Translations under genes and position numbers: made by a program
Shown: piece after piece, positions 27,993 to 42,520 of the stretch
Numbering within the stretch: the first letter of the stretch is position 1
How the letters are laid out: each line of letters opens with the position of its first letter
Origin: Octopus vulgaris
Taxonomy: Eukaryota
NCBI GenBank assembly: GCA_951406725.2
Contig: OX597831.1
Location: forward strand, 21,824,001-21,888,000
Length of the DNA stretch: 64,000 nucleotides
Direction: 5' to 3'
The notes under the pieces: generated by a model
Database searches by the model: none
What the model was told of the DNA's origin: nothing
The model's input: only the letters and a program-made list of their open reading frames with translations

Positions 27993-28185
27993 GCCCTGAT
28001 GCAGTGGGGCCCATCTGCAGGGTCATGTGCTGTTTATCTTGATATGAGATCACCATGTCGCGCACATATGGTCGTGATGCATGTGCCTAGTGTACCCTTA
28101 TCAGACAGGTAGTCATGATGTGTATACTGGGCTTCGTATATTTTACCCCAGTGTCACTTTGAAGGCATGCACTACTCTCTCACTC
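27991..28185 (+). mobile_element. Internally deleted copy of the 11246-11801 element in (TAA)n
   Basis: ATGCCCTGATGCAGT joined to GGGCCC...CTCTCTCACTC. Confidence 0.85.
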
Positions 28186-28252
<67 letters not shown>

Positions 28253-28319
28253 GTAACAACAACGTCTGACTTTCCGTGAGGGTAAAATAAATACAAACCA
28301 TTTAATATAATTTATAAAT

Positions 28320-29194
28320 TAGAAAAAATGGAAGAAAAAGAGAGAGCAAGTGAAATATTCTTATGCTACAGAACGAAAAAGATGCCAGGGGATGTTAGGC
28401 ATACGAGAAACGAAAGTAGTATAGTGGAATTGATAGATAAGTGTTCACAAGAATATACTACCGTAAATCGTGAAAGAATCGAGATCAGTAACTATAATTG
28501 TAATAATGAAGACTGAATAATAAGAAACAGGATTTTGGATCTATTAAATGTAGAAGAGACAGAATTTGTGTTCGACTTTATGAAGGCTAACCAATGGAGA
28601 TTAAATCAAGAAACAAGTGAAGTCAATAACGTATTGAAACACATTGAAACAAAGAACAGCACACTAACATAAAAAGAAAACTCATCAAGGCTAGAATTAG
28701 TATTGTGGCAGAAAGGATGGGATTCAGAACTTTTGAGGAACAGAAGATCAAAGGATAGAAGGGGGAAATAAGCAGCCTTGGTGGAAAAGGAGAATTTTCA
28801 GAAGATATAAACTCTGTGAATAGTGTAGTGTCAATACTTGTCAGGAAACCGAAATGTAAATTGAAGAACGATCGCAAATTTGAAAAAGTGTAGAAATATG
28901 TAATTCAAAAGTCTGAATGTTGCAATTGAAGAACTGAAGTAGTGCACAATATCTGTACTAGGTTTCAACAACGGATTAAATAATACCGGCAAAACTATTC
29001 TTTTTATTTGTTTCAGTCATTTGACTCCGCCCATGCTGGAGCACCGCCTTCAGTCGAGCTTATCGACCGCAGGACTTATTCTTTGTAAGCCAAGTAATTA
29101 TTCTATCGGTCCTTCTTGCCGAACCGCTACGTGACGGGGACGTAAACACACCAGCATTGGTTGTCAAGCAATGTTGGCGGGGAACACAGAGACA

Positions 29195-29272
<78 letters not shown>

Positions 29273-29920
29273 CACGACGGGCTTCTTTCAGGCTCCGTTT
29301 ACCAAATCCACTCACAAGGCTTTGGTCAGCCCGAGGCTATAGTAGAAAACACTTGCCCAAGGTGCCACGCAGTGGGACTGAACCCGGAACCATGTGGCTG
29401 GTAAACAAGCTACTACTTACCACTCAGCCGATCCTGCGCCTATGATTGAGAATCGACCAAAAAAGATTTTATCAAGAAATGTGAAAGATTAGTTCCTGAT
29501 GTTGATGGAAGTCGACAGTTTTGGGGGAAAATATGGAGTAAGCACGGACGGCTCTGCAGCCTGAAGCAACCAGATTTTATTCTCTGCAAAAGGCTACTCA
29601 CTTCACTGAAGACAGTATCAGAAACCTGAGTAAACAGAAAAGCAAGCGCAAAGCAGCGGGACCTGGTGATGTGAAGGGATATGGGATTATAAAAGGGTCT
29701 GCGGGTGCCATAAATTGTTTGCATAGCAACTTAATGCATTGAGCGATGGAGAAGTGGAAATCCCGGGTTGGGTGACAAACGGAGGAGCAGTGTTAGGTCT
29801 TAAGAATGCATCAAAAGGAAATACTGCCGACAATTATAGGCCAACCTTTTGTCTCCCATTAAAGTGGAAGTTACTGTCAGGTGGAATTGCAGGAGGACTG
29901 TACAAATTTCTTGATTAAAT
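28320..29920 (+). pseudogene. Decayed R4/Dong-like ORF (pre-RT region and RT start), interrupted by a SINE
   Basis: NVAIEELK, YRQN | SINE | DQKRFYQE, SRQFWGKIWS, IPGWVTNG, KGNTADNYRPTFCLPLKWKLLSG. Confidence 0.75.
28998..29440 (-). mobile_element. SINE family A nested in the Dong-like remnant
   Basis: Full homology to other copies. Confidence 0.92.
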
Positions 29921-30147
29921 TGATATATTACTGAGGCTGCAGGCGGGGCTGTGTGTTTCTGTGTATATGTATGCAATTATCGCGTGTGCATTCTAGGTAA
30001 TACATATACACATATAAATAAATCATTTCGAAACTTTTGTCGAGAACCCTATAAGGATCAAAAGTTGATTACAGCCATTCATCATTTTTTCAACCTACAA
30101 AGCAAGAGGCAAATTTTCCATATTTATGTCTCTACCGTGTAGCTTCA

Positions 30148-30330
30148 CATACATACATACATACATACATACATACATACATACATACATACATACATAC
30201 ATACATACATACATACATACATACATACATACGTACATACATACATGCATACATGCATACATACATATATGCTTACATACATACATGCATACATACGTGC
30301 ATACATAGATACGTACATACATACATATAC
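30148..30330. repeat. (CATA)n microsatellite
   Basis: Direct reading. Confidence 0.95.
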
Positions 30331-31158
30331 GCATTCAGATCTATATTCATATTTATATACACACATAAATTTGTACATATACATCTATACATATACATAT
30401 GTATATACATACATATACATTCATGCGCGCAAACAGACACGCACACACATGCGTATATATATGTGCGTGTGTGTGTATGTTTATGTGTATTTGTGCGTGA
30501 GCGTATGTGTGTATGTCCCAGTATATTTACTGGAATTTATAATTGGTACATCCATTTGTCTTCAGAGATTTGTATCCAATCTATTTTCTGTCATTTTGTT
30601 TGCTTATTCATAATTTATGAAACTAAAAGCAATGATGCGTTGTCTAATGTAAGAAATATATAGAGTATCATGGCGTCGGATTCAAAATTTAGGCCGTAAA
30701 ACTGGGCCAAATGATCGCGAAATCCGGGCTCCATAAAACGCGATAATGGATGAAAATTGTCATGTTAAACTGAATAAAAAGAAATCTAGTACCAAACAAA
30801 AGATATAGTCTTACATGGCACTTTGTGTTCTCTTGTGAGAAAAAAAAAATTTCAAAATGAAGTTCTTTCTACGTTTGTCAGACATTACTAAAGGAAAAGT
30901 GCCTCTCCCCATAAGAGGAATATACGCTTATGGTTTTCTATAGTGTACACGAACTCGGACTGCGCAAAAACTGGTCTCTCTGAAGAAGATTGAACGACAC
31001 TAGAAGTAATCATTCTGTCCTCTTACTGTGCTTGACGTAGTTGAAACCTGTTGTATAACAAGTTTTATTTGCGTTTCATAGGGAAACAAAATGTTGAATG
31101 TTTTCTGACATTTCACATTTCAAGTTGTGAATAAAATTATAAATGAAAGCGGTGTGTG

Positions 31159-31541
31159 TCTCTCTCTCTCTCTCTATTCGCTCAGTCGAAGTCGACTCTC
31201 GGTCACTCGTTGGATCAGTGTCCTCCAGTCAGTTCTATCCTGGGCCGCTTCCTTCAGACTGGCCATGTCCATTCCGGTATCACTCCTGATGGTGTCAAGC
31301 CAGCGGGTTCTTGATCGGCCTCTTTCTCTCCTGCCACTGACCATTCCGAGCATGATGTCCTTCTCCGCATAATATGACCGAAATATGCCAATCTACGCTG
31401 GTGATCCCAGCTTCTAGCGACATTTTCGGCCTTATCTGCTTAAGAACCTCTCCATTGGTGAGCCTTGCTGTCCATGAAATCCGCAAGAGTCTTCACCAAC
31501 ACCAAGGCTCGAATGCATTAATTCTCTTCTGGTCAGCTTTC
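31159..31541 (-). mobile_element. RTE (BovB-like) LINE 3' end
   Basis: KADQKRINAFEPWCW*RLLRISWTARLTN.EVL...LAYFGHIMRR...MLGMVSGRRERGR...RWLD...DRTDWR; (AG)n tail. Confidence 0.88.
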
Positions 31542-31738
31542 TTTATTAATTATTAAATATACTTGTGAATGCATAATGTTATGCAAATTAGCGAAAGAGC
31601 ACATTAACGCAAACGGAGTATACAGTCTATGTTATGACTATACGAATGTATGTACACATACGCACATGTGTATACAAACACACACGTATATACTTACTTG
31701 CACACATGCATACACACACTATCTTATATATATTTATA

Positions 31739-32097
31739 TTGGGTTGTCCGGAAAGTTCGTGTCGATTATTAAAGGAAAGAAAAATATCAATAAATACTTG
31801 CCATTACATTTTTAATCAACCAAATATAAACCATTTTTAATCAACCATTTTGTTGCACAATGCATCTCCATTTTTCCTTTAACTTGAAAATGCCCTCTTC
31901 CCAGAATTGAGGTGGTTTCATGACAAAGAATTCATCAAGGTATCTTTTTACGTCATCCAAGGCATTGGAATTTTTACCATTAAGACTATTCTACAGAGAC
32001 CTGAATAAGTGGAAATCCGAAGGAGCAATATCTGGTGAATATGGAGGTTGCGGTAACACATCCCAGCCAAGCTGCAGCAATTTTTGTCTGGTTCCTT
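31739..32097 (-). pseudogene. Mariner transposase 3' fragment with TIR
   Basis: LLQLGWDVLPQPPYSPDIAPSDFHLFRSL*NSLNGK...FWEEGIFKLKEKWR; TA|TTGGGTTGTCCGGAAAGTT terminus. Confidence 0.9.
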
Positions 32098-32558
32098 AAG
32101 TGCCAGCTATCTCCCCTTAAGAGGAATATACGGTTATGGTTTTCTATAGTGTAAAGGAACTCGGACAGCGCAAAATTGGTCTCTCTGAAGAAGATTGAAC
32201 GACACTAGAAGTAATCATTCTGTTCTTTTACTGAGCTTGAGTTAGTTGAAACCTGTTGTATAACAAATAAATATCGGTTCTTCACACAACCGATATTTGT
32301 TTGTTTATGTCCCTGTAACTTTACGGTTTACTAGTATTATGCAAATGACCACGGGTGTCAATTTCTTCGACTAAAACCTTTAAGGCGGTGCCCAATCATG
32401 GCTGAAGTCAAAAGGCTGGAACGAGTGAAAGATAACAGGTAGAAGAAAACAGATATGCATATATATATACATACATACATACATACATACATACATACAT
32501 ACATACGTACATATATACATACATACATACATACACATTCACACATATACATATACAT

Positions 32559-32895
32559 AGAGGGTGCAATAGGTAAGTTGTCGCTATTTTATAATTTTAA
32601 TTTTGGATACTTATTAATCAGCTCTCATATATATATATCTTAAAGCCTCCAATTCTGTGCCATACGAACAGCTCATGGCCAAACTCTATGCAGTGGGTAT
32701 GAAATATGATGGGCATTCTCCGTTGCGTGGTATCGATCACAACAGCTGATGTACTTGCGCGTACAAATGCACGTTCCCACGGCTTTATCAATCGCATACT
32801 CACCTGGAATCGGATTTTGTATTTTTTAAAGACTTATACACGCCCTCATACCGTCGGTATCTACACATCAAATTTGAGCGCAATCAGATGGAGGA
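32559..32895. mobile_element. Mariner-like non-autonomous remnant
   Basis: TAGAGGGTGCAATAGGTAAGTT terminus; CATCAAATTTGAGCGCAATC motif typical of mariner subterminal regions. Confidence 0.4.
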
Positions 32896-32942
32896 TGCCC
32901 GAGATCCTAGAAGGCACACACAGAGACAAATAGAACGGATTT

Positions 32943-33013
<71 letters not shown>

Positions 33014-33028
33014 ATATGCATATATATG

Positions 33029-33060
<32 letters not shown>

Positions 33061-33281
33061 ATATGCATATGTACAGACATTTACAAATTGTTTTCGTTTT
33101 CTTCCTTTCTCCGTCCGTCTGTGTTTAGACGCCGTGAATATATAACACAATGCTGCAGAGAGTGTTTATAGAACCAACAAACGGAAGTTGCTCTTTCAAT
33201 CAAATGGAACAGACAATAATATGTTTTTAGAGAATAACGTTTACTACTTGTCTCTAATTGAAACTATATGAGACCATTACA

Positions 33282-33354
<73 letters not shown>

Positions 33355-33552
33355 GTGACCGCGTGTGTACCGTTGGCGATTTTTTTCCCTCTGTCTTCCA
33401 TTCTCTGAATATTTCCTTCTCCTATGTTTCCGACGAAGAGCTCCGGTGGAAACGTTAAACCCTCCTTCTTTCCTTCTTTCCTGAGCGTCCAATAATACTA
33501 TATTTGTTCCACGTCCTCGCGTTGTTTTTTTTTTGTGCTTTCATCTTTGGAT

Positions 33553-33558
<6 letters not shown>
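33355..33558 (+). mobile_element. ~200-bp hammerhead-bearing element (family H1) between (TA)n tracts
   Basis: Homologous to 53062, 56932 and 61933; GTTT CCGACGA A GAGC TCC GGTG GAAAC GTT AAAC at 33426-33460 (mutated core). Confidence 0.8.
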
Positions 33559-33616
<58 letters not shown>

Positions 33617-33878
33617 GTTTCAGCTCAGAGCTGCGGCCATAGATGGATACATACATACATACATACATACATACATACATACATAGATACGTCGAAGCAC
33701 ACACACACCCGGTGCATATACAAGCACCGACACATATTTACACCCACACGCTCTGACATGTACAAAGGCTAGCGCGCGAAGGCACGCGCGCATACACACA
33801 TACATATACGGACACATACATATACGGACACATACACACACACATACACACGCACACAAACATACACAAACACACATT

Positions 33879-35078
33879 CAAGGGTTGGACAAAAGAATGG
33901 AAACACCTAGCATCATTACATCATAATTTTGAAATATCTATAAAACCGTAAAAAATCTTATTTAATTTTGTTTTTTGATTCATTATTAGTGTTACTTATT
34001 ATGTTTTGCTAAAATTGCTGTTTCTTTTCAGTTGTAATCAGAAAAAGGTAATTGAAATTCATTAAAATGACAGATCTATCGGACTTTCAAAGAGGTCAAA
34101 TTGTTGGTGCTCTATGGCAGGCGCTAGCGTAACAAAAATAGCCGAAATGTTTGGTGTATCAAGAAGTTCTGTCTCGAAAGTAATGACATCCTTTGAGAAA
34201 GAGGGACCGTCGAACTCCTACGCGAATTGTTAAAAAGCATCACAAAAGTACAGCTCCCAAAATTACTGCAGAGCTTAATGACCACCTCGAGAACCTAGTC
34301 TCCACGAAAAATGTTTCCCCGGCGTTGTACAAAGCTGGATTTCACGGGAGGGCTGCAATCAGAAAACCACTACTTTCATAAACAGGCATTGCAAAGCATT
34401 TAGAGTGGAGTAAAAAACCTATACAATTGGTCCCTAGGGCAGTGGAAGAATGTTATTTTCTCAGGCGAGTCATCCTTTATCTCATTTTCGACCACCGGCT
34501 AAGTATACGTGTGGAAACTGTCTTCTTCCAACTGTTAAGCATGGAGGAGGATCTGTGATGATATGAGGGGCTATATATTGGAAATCCGCCGGCCTGATGG
34601 TTTCCTTTCATGGCAGAACTAATAGTCAAGACTATTTAAGCATTTTATCTCATCAAATTCATTCTATGGTTGCGGAGCTGTTTCCGGAGGGAAACACAAT
34701 CTTTCAGGATGATAATGCACCAATTCACTCAGCTAAAGTTGTTACTGAATGGCACGAAGAACATTCTAGTGATGTTGAACATCTTATCTGGCCACCACAG
34801 TCCCTAGATCTGAATATTATTGAACCTTTATGGTGCATTTTAGAAAAACAATTAATGAGTCAATATCATCATCACTACAAGAAGTGGAGACTATTTTAGC
34901 TGAAGAATGGACAAGTACTCCTTTAACAATTCAGATTTTGTACGAGTCCATACCTCGTAGAATTCTAGGTGTAATTACTGCCAAAGGCGTTCCTATCCCG
35001 TGTTAAAATAAATTTGCTTAAAATTTTCAGAAAGGACAATTGAGTGTTGTTAAAATCAATTTTTGTCGACTCCACTAT
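33879..35078 (+). mobile_element. Decayed Tc1-like transposon (DD36E spacing)
   Basis: Left TIR CAAGGGTTGGACAAAAGAATGGAAACACC; broken ORF 34067-35006 MTDLSDFQRGQIVGA..., WKNVIFSGESSF, VKHGGGSVM, FQDDNAPIH, WPPQSLDLNIIE; right TIR degenerate. Confidence 0.92.
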
Positions 35079-35108
35079 AATAAATTATGTCAAGATGGTA
35101 TACATACC

Positions 35109-35268
35109 AGGTGTGGCTGTGTGGTAAGTAGCTTGCTAACCAACCACGTGGTTCCGGGTTCAGTCCTACTGCGTTGCATCTTGGGCAAGTGTCTTCTGCT
35201 ATAGCCTCGGGCCGACCAATGCCTTGTGAGTGGATTTGGTAGACGGAAACTGAAAGAAGCCCGTCGTA

Positions 35269-35299
<31 letters not shown>

Positions 35300-35527
35300 G
35301 CGTGTGTGTGTTTGTGTGTTTGTGTTTGTCCCTCTTGCATTGCTTGACAACCGATGCTGGTTTGTTTACGTTCCCGTTACCTAGCGGTTCGGCAAAAGAG
35401 ACTGATAGAATAAGTACTAGGCTTACAAAAGAATAAGTCCCGGGGTCGAGTTGCTCGATTAAAGGCGGTGCTCCAGCATGGCCGCAGTCAAATGACTGAA
35501 ACAAGTAAAAGAGTAAAAGAGTAAAAA

Positions 35528-35528
<1 letters not shown>
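35109..35528 (+). mobile_element. SINE family A
   Basis: Homology to other copies. Confidence 0.92.
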
Positions 35529-35571
<43 letters not shown>

Positions 35572-35603
35572 GAGAGAGAGAGAGAGAGAGAGAGATAGAT
35601 ATG

Positions 35604-35687
<84 letters not shown>

Positions 35688-36518
35688 TAAACCAACATGG
35701 AAGATCCCGGTCTTGTGATTGAGTTTTATGATTGAGAGTTCTAAAAATTACTGGACTGGAAGTCACTGCTTTGTACCAAGGAACTCGCGTTCTACGTCCA
35801 TTGCAGGAACCCAATATATAACAGTTTTGTGTTTTAAAGACCCACAGATTTTCAAAACATATTCAAAGGGCCTCGGAGATGCATGGAGATCTAGAGATGA
35901 GGATGTGTTTAAAGAACTAAATTAGACAATTTTTTTATCTGATATACCAAATGAAGCAACATCAAAATAAGAAACGTAAAAAAGGTTCTGTCCAGTTCAC
36001 GATTTCACAGGAAACGATTCTGGATACAGACCAGGGAAGTAAGGAGGCCAAAGCATTGACGCTAATAGGGTTATCCAAGAAAGGCCACAGCCCCTGGCTA
36101 AACCGATAACGCTAGAATAGAAAAAATCTACCTTTAAGGTCCGAAAATATAATGAAAAGCAGTGCAGGCGATTAAATTAACGGGTACTTATTTAAGTGAT
36201 TCTTCAAAGACGAAAGACAGTTTTTCCCTGTTCGGATTCGACACCGAAACGGTAAATGTACGAATAAATAAATTAATAATTTAATAAATAAATAGATAAT
36301 AGAATTAAATTAAATTTGAAGCAAAATTCCACGGCATGTTTGTTTCCAACACACAAAAATCGATAAAACAATAGAAATGGTGCTTTTTAAGATATTTCTA
36401 TTTGATGGTCTGTATTTGTTGTTTAGTTGTATAAATAGTTTAAAACAAGTTAGACTATGGCAATGATAACTAATGCACCGCTGGCACACTTCCTCATCAA
36501 GATTCGAACACAGTAAAT

Positions 36519-36971
<453 letters not shown>

Positions 36972-37699
36972 CACAGCTGTCTTGTTCAAACGCTTAAGAT
37001 TTTGCTCCAGCAATTTTTGTTTTCAAATTTAAGTACAGAAATATATTTATTTTCATTTTGAATATTAATTCAAGAAAAGAGTATTAAGCATTTTGAAGTG
37101 TTTACCACTTTGTAACAGAGTCATACGCTAAGTTTGTTCCAATTTAAATCATCCTCTTTTAACGTCTTACTCAATGGCAAAAAAAAATTGCTTCTGTTTT
37201 TTGGGGATACTTCCCTATGAAAGCTTACGTTGAACAAAGCATAAAGAGCAATCGAGCAAAATGTAAAAGATATATGAAGGAATGTATAAACACATTGCAG
37301 AGAATTATACGGATTATAACATTTCCACAAAAGAAGACACCACCTGACACACACACAGACCCATACACACACACAGAAAAAATACATTGCAGAATAGACA
37401 TGTTTTGAAACTTCTAGAGCAAAAGTTTACATGAAAAAATATACATCAAACGAAAATAAAGTTGTGAAACATTGTCTTTAAAAAATATCTTTTCCAACAA
37501 AAAATGTGCTTAAATATGGAGAATTTTAGTGAAAGAAATAAAACTTAGAAACAATTTGTGCAGAAGACAATTTCCAACATAGCCTAAGTTTTCAGAAATT
37601 TGCACGAGAACTAAAACGGGTCATGCCCATGCCTTGTTAAAGCCATGGGGTTTATTCCACACAGACAATTTTACAGACAGCCGTGACATAGACATGAAG

Positions 37700-38160
37700 T
37701 GAAATCTCCTCCATTTGAGGAGAGTGAGAATATAGTGACATTAATATCATCTTTAAACAGGTGACGGGTCTACAACAGCACAAGCCCTTAATTATCCGAG
37801 ACACATCGCCGAAAGTGAATCGTTCAGTATTTGTCAAGAAGAAATACGGGATCCACATCAGAGAAATCGGAAAAGAGGTCAAACGATTGCCAGTAATCAT
37901 TCTGGTGGCACAGCAATGGAAAATGGTTACTATCAATGTAACTGTGGGTAACAAACGATGATCAAGAGCACACACGTCCTTGTCATCCTACAAGCCACAA
38001 AACAACACCAGAATTATGTCCTGTAGAGGCTACTGAGAAAACTTTCAAACCTAGCAGGGAGGGTGGGTAAAAAACAAAAGGCAGAAAGCAAAACTGCTAC
38101 ACATGTGGCTGTAAAACTCATATGAGGGCCTACTACCCAGAATGCTTAACGAAAAGAAGA
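37700..38160 (+). pseudogene. Decayed gag-like ORF1 (L1/Tx1-type) with zinc knuckle
   Basis: GRKQNCYTCGCKTHMRAYYP at about 38080-38140 is CX2CX4HX4(C>Y). Confidence 0.45.
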
Positions 38161-38694
38161 GGACTAACGAAAATAAATCGCAGATGATGATGATTCTAAG
38201 GCGGCACCTAAAAAACTTCTTGAATTGCCAAAATAATGTCCCTTCCTGGCCAAAACTCCTAAGTCTTTCTCCAAGGCACAAGTAGCGGACAAAATTTGTC
38301 TTCTGCAACAAAAATAGTGAAACAACCAATTAGGCCTTCCCAGCAGCACTATCCCAACCAATTATGAAAATTGGGGCTCTAACGGAATCGATCAGCCCTT
38401 TTCAAAAACAAGAAAAAAACAAAGACCAAAAATGACACAAATAAAACAACTGAAAAGGGGCGTAAAAAACCGCGATAATCGGCACAACTTTTGTGGGGAA
38501 GAACCTGGTTCTTTCCTGAAGGAAATAAAATTCACGGTTTGTCGCAAAACGAATAAGAATTTAATAAAACATTTATATGAAATACACCACTATTTCCTGA
38601 TAAAGTGCGGATTCGGAAGATCATGAAATCACATTCAAAGAGAATGTAATGAAAAAATATTAGCAAAAATTATGAGATGCTATATATCAACATT

Positions 38695-38975
38695 GTAGAG
38701 GCACATAGCCTAGTGGTTAGAGAAGCGGACTCGCGGTCGAAAGATCGCAGGCTTGAATCTCAGACCGGGCGATGTGTGTGTTTATGAGTGAAACACCTAA
38801 GCTCCACGCGGCTCCGGCAGAAGGTAATGGCGAACCTCTGCTGACTCTATCGCCACAACTTTCTCTCACTCTTTCCTCCTGCATCTTGCAGCTCACCTGC
38901 GACGGAGCGGAGTCCTGTCAAGGTGGGGAATCTATATGCCAAGGAAACCGGCCCTATGAGCCTCCTGGTAACACC
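38695..38975 (+). mobile_element. SINE family B-related, tail type 3 (V-domain-like)
   Basis: Head related to family B; CACCTGCGACGGA...GGAAACCGGCCC; sister copy at 63457. Confidence 0.85.
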
Positions 38976-39852
38976 GCCAAGGAAAGATTTATGGAAATTA
39001 TCCAAAGGCTTCTGAAACAGGCCAGTTACTTGATTCACGTCGACGCCCAGTGTTTACTGAGTGTGTAGCCGCATTCAGGGGTCGCTAACCCTCTATAGAA
39101 CGCTAAACATGACCTTCCACTAACCGTTATTGCCAGACTGACAGAGAATATCCTACATGTCAGGTGACACACCTGCTCACAATAAGGAATCGCTAGTTAA
39201 GTCGTTTGGGTCCTTTCTTACCAGTTATCCTCGAATCACAAGGAACTCTTCTCTTGTGCTACCTGTTGCTGTCGATATTTAAGAGCTGCAACAGTGAAAA
39301 TAGGTAGAATATAAACAATATTAATAATAATGAAGCCAAAATGAATGCAACGTTAGAAGCCGTGTTTATGATAGTTGTGGGTTGGCATATAAGGAATGGA
39401 CAGTCACTGATTATGACACGATGTTGACGGTAATAGACGAACTGGGTAAAGAAAATGCAGACGTGCAATAAAACACACGTGTTAAGTGGAAGTGGTGAAA
39501 TGAGGCATATCACAACCATTGATGGAGACCTAAGATTCCGACATGGTAAGATAAAAGATACAGAATTTCTAAGGCTAACCGAGCTTTGAGCATAAGTATA
39601 GTAATTAACTAAATAAATGGATGGAAATAAAGTAGGTATTTAAAACATACACTCATATTATTTAAGACATTAATGTTGAAAGAACGTAGAGTTAGGAATG
39701 ATAAAGTGAAAGAAATAGAAGAAAATAGATTATAGATAAACTAGTGTAGAGCCAAATATAGAGCGATTAAAATTTAATGATGAATAATGGCATGAAGGGA
39801 ATAACTGCTTAACAGTTATCTAGGTATTTACAGAAGTATATATTTACAATTT

Positions 39853-40103
39853 GTGAAGGCGCGTGGCTTAGTGGTTAGGGTGTCAGCATCATGATCGTAA
39901 GATTGTGATTTCGATTCCTGAACCGGGCGACGCGTTGTGTTCTTGAGCAAAACACTTTATTTAACGTTGCTCCAGTCCACTCAGCTGGCAAAAATGAGTC
40001 ACGCTACAATGGACTGGCATCCTATCGAGCTGGGGATCTCATACTCCATAGAAACCGGGAAACTGGGCCCATGAGACTGGCTAGGCTTTAAAAGGGCGCA
40101 TTT
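39853..40103 (+). mobile_element. tRNA-derived SINE family C (CORE-like plus V-like)
   Basis: TGGCTTAGTGG and TTCGATTCC boxes; GTGTTCTTGAGCAAAACACTT; ATGGACTGGCATCC; sister copy at 53243. Confidence 0.88.
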
Positions 40104-41097
40104 AATTTTTTTTAATATTTTCTTATTATAAGTTACTGTATTGGACACACACACACACACACACACACATGTTTATATAAATCTCTCTTTCTTATAAATA
40201 AATATATTCAAACATGAAATAGAAGCCTCTAGCGTAATAAACGTTATCAACCACATACACGGAACGTATACACCACTTCTATTTGCCGGTAGGCTACGAG
40301 ATAGAGCGATGAAGAACACCTGTAGGTTATGAACATATATATATATATATGCGTGCATGTATGTGTGTGTGCATGTGTGTACCCACTGGAGGACGGCAAT
40401 ATTTCCGTTTCCGCGGCTTCAGTACAGCAACTGCGCAGCCAGGCAGCTTCGTAGCTTAGATGAAATATTAGGAGTAAGATTACGCGACGTTCAGCTGTTA
40501 GACGTTTGAAAAATACCCCAACAAATATTTTAATAATGATAGCAACTTTTGATATGCAGCAGAAGAAATCGGAAAATTTCGTCGGCAGTTTTGTTACACG
40601 TGACTCTACGATACAGAACTGGCATTTATCCATTACGCATTTTGAAGCATTTCGACAACAATGTCGGTACATGGTGACAATAACATATAAGTTCAGAACA
40701 TATACTTTGGATAGATTTATTATCGATAAATACATTATTATTATTTTTTTAGTTAGAATTAGACGAATCACAGACACTATTAACCAGTGTGTTATGTTTG
40801 GTGATTTAACTCATATATTCTCAAATAATTTATAAGTTTCTGATTTTGATATGACTTACCCACTAGATGTACTTCGATAAACCCACAGTAAAAGAGATTT
40901 CAAACCCTCCGAAAATATATTTATGCTGATTTAGTCTTAACTTAAAAGAATTTCCTGTTATCCCGATATAATCAATAGAAACCTAGTTATTAACTGTAAA
41001 CGCTTGCACACAATAAATAATCTAAATCATCGATTTCAGAACACATAAATTATTGAATGGGCAACATTTATTGCCAAAGAATACGAAATGTATTGTT

Positions 41098-41101
<4 letters not shown>

Positions 41102-41163
<62 letters not shown>

Positions 41164-41181
41164 ACACAAACAGAAACATAC

Positions 41182-41224
<43 letters not shown>

Positions 41225-41430
41225 CACACATGTATATGTGTATTTACATATGTATGCATGCATGTAATACTTATATGTGTGTGTATACATACATATATAT
41301 ATATTTATGCATGGATATATATATATATATATATATCCATGCATAAATATATATATATGTATACACACATATATATATATATATATATACATATATGTAT
41401 AAATACATATATATATAAATACATATATAA

Positions 41431-41466
<36 letters not shown>

Positions 41467-41470
41467 GTGC
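41102..41470. repeat. (CA)n/(TA)n microsatellite complex
   Basis: Direct reading. Confidence 0.9.
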
Positions 41471-42021
41471 ATGCGTATATATGTGTACGTAATTATATAT
41501 TCATTCAAATGCGTATATACATGTATTATATATGTAATGCATCACAATACAATATATATTAGTTGACATTAAACATTATCCAATCAATGATTTCTGTCTT
41601 CCGAAATCGATATTTTATTGTTGCGAAAGTATTTCTAGTTAATAACTAGTTACTATTGATTTCATCAAGGTAACTGAAAATCCTTTTAAGTTCAGATTTA
41701 ATCATCGCAATATGCTTTCAGAAATTTTGATAGATCTTCTAATGCAGGTTTATCAAAGTACATCTAGAGGGCAAGATATATGAATGTCAGAAAGTAATTG
41801 GAATGTATACGTACTAACCAAACGTCATATATAGTGGTAAGAGTGCTTGTGGTTTGTCCAATTCTAAGAAAATGAAAATTACATATTTTCCACTGTAATC
41901 CTATCATGAACGTGCGTTCTATGTTGATATATTCCTGTCACTAATATGTATATTCATGTAATATATACACACACACATACATACATACATACATACATAC
42001 ATACATACATACATACATACA

Positions 42022-42088
<67 letters not shown>

Positions 42089-42274
42089 ATGTATGTATGC
42101 ATATGTATGTATGCGTGTATATATATAGAGAGAGAGATTTGGTAGGGGGAGAGGGAGGGAGTTAGGGAGGAGGGAGAAAATATTCAGAAAAATCCAACGA
42201 GAATCAATCGTATTCCATCAGATGAAGCACCCACACACACCTGTTGTTGAAACGCAAATGTGATCTATTTTGTA

Positions 42275-42451
42275 GGCGTAGGAGTGGCTGTGTGATACGA
42301 AACTTGCTTACGAATCACATGGTTCCGGGTTCAGTCCCACTGCGTGGCACCTTGGGCAAGTGTCTTCTACTATAGCCTCAGGCCGACCAAAGCCTTGTGA
42401 GTGGATTTGGTAGACAGAAACTGAAAGAAGCCCGTTGTATATATGTATATA

Positions 42452-42520
<69 letters not shown>

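Larger units (their letters stand above)
30898..32266. repeat. ~165-bp diverged direct repeat (30898-31061 and 32098-32266)
   Basis: CTCCCC.TAAGAGGAATATACG...GTTGAAACCTGTTGTATAACAA occurs twice with scattered substitutions. Confidence 0.9.

Noticed and set aside
35700-36150. Possible additional LINE 3' remnant
   Set aside because: Motif similarity too weak to call by eye
40247-40777. 176-aa minus-strand ORF
   Set aside because: No recognisable motif, non-ATG start, runs into a microsatellite
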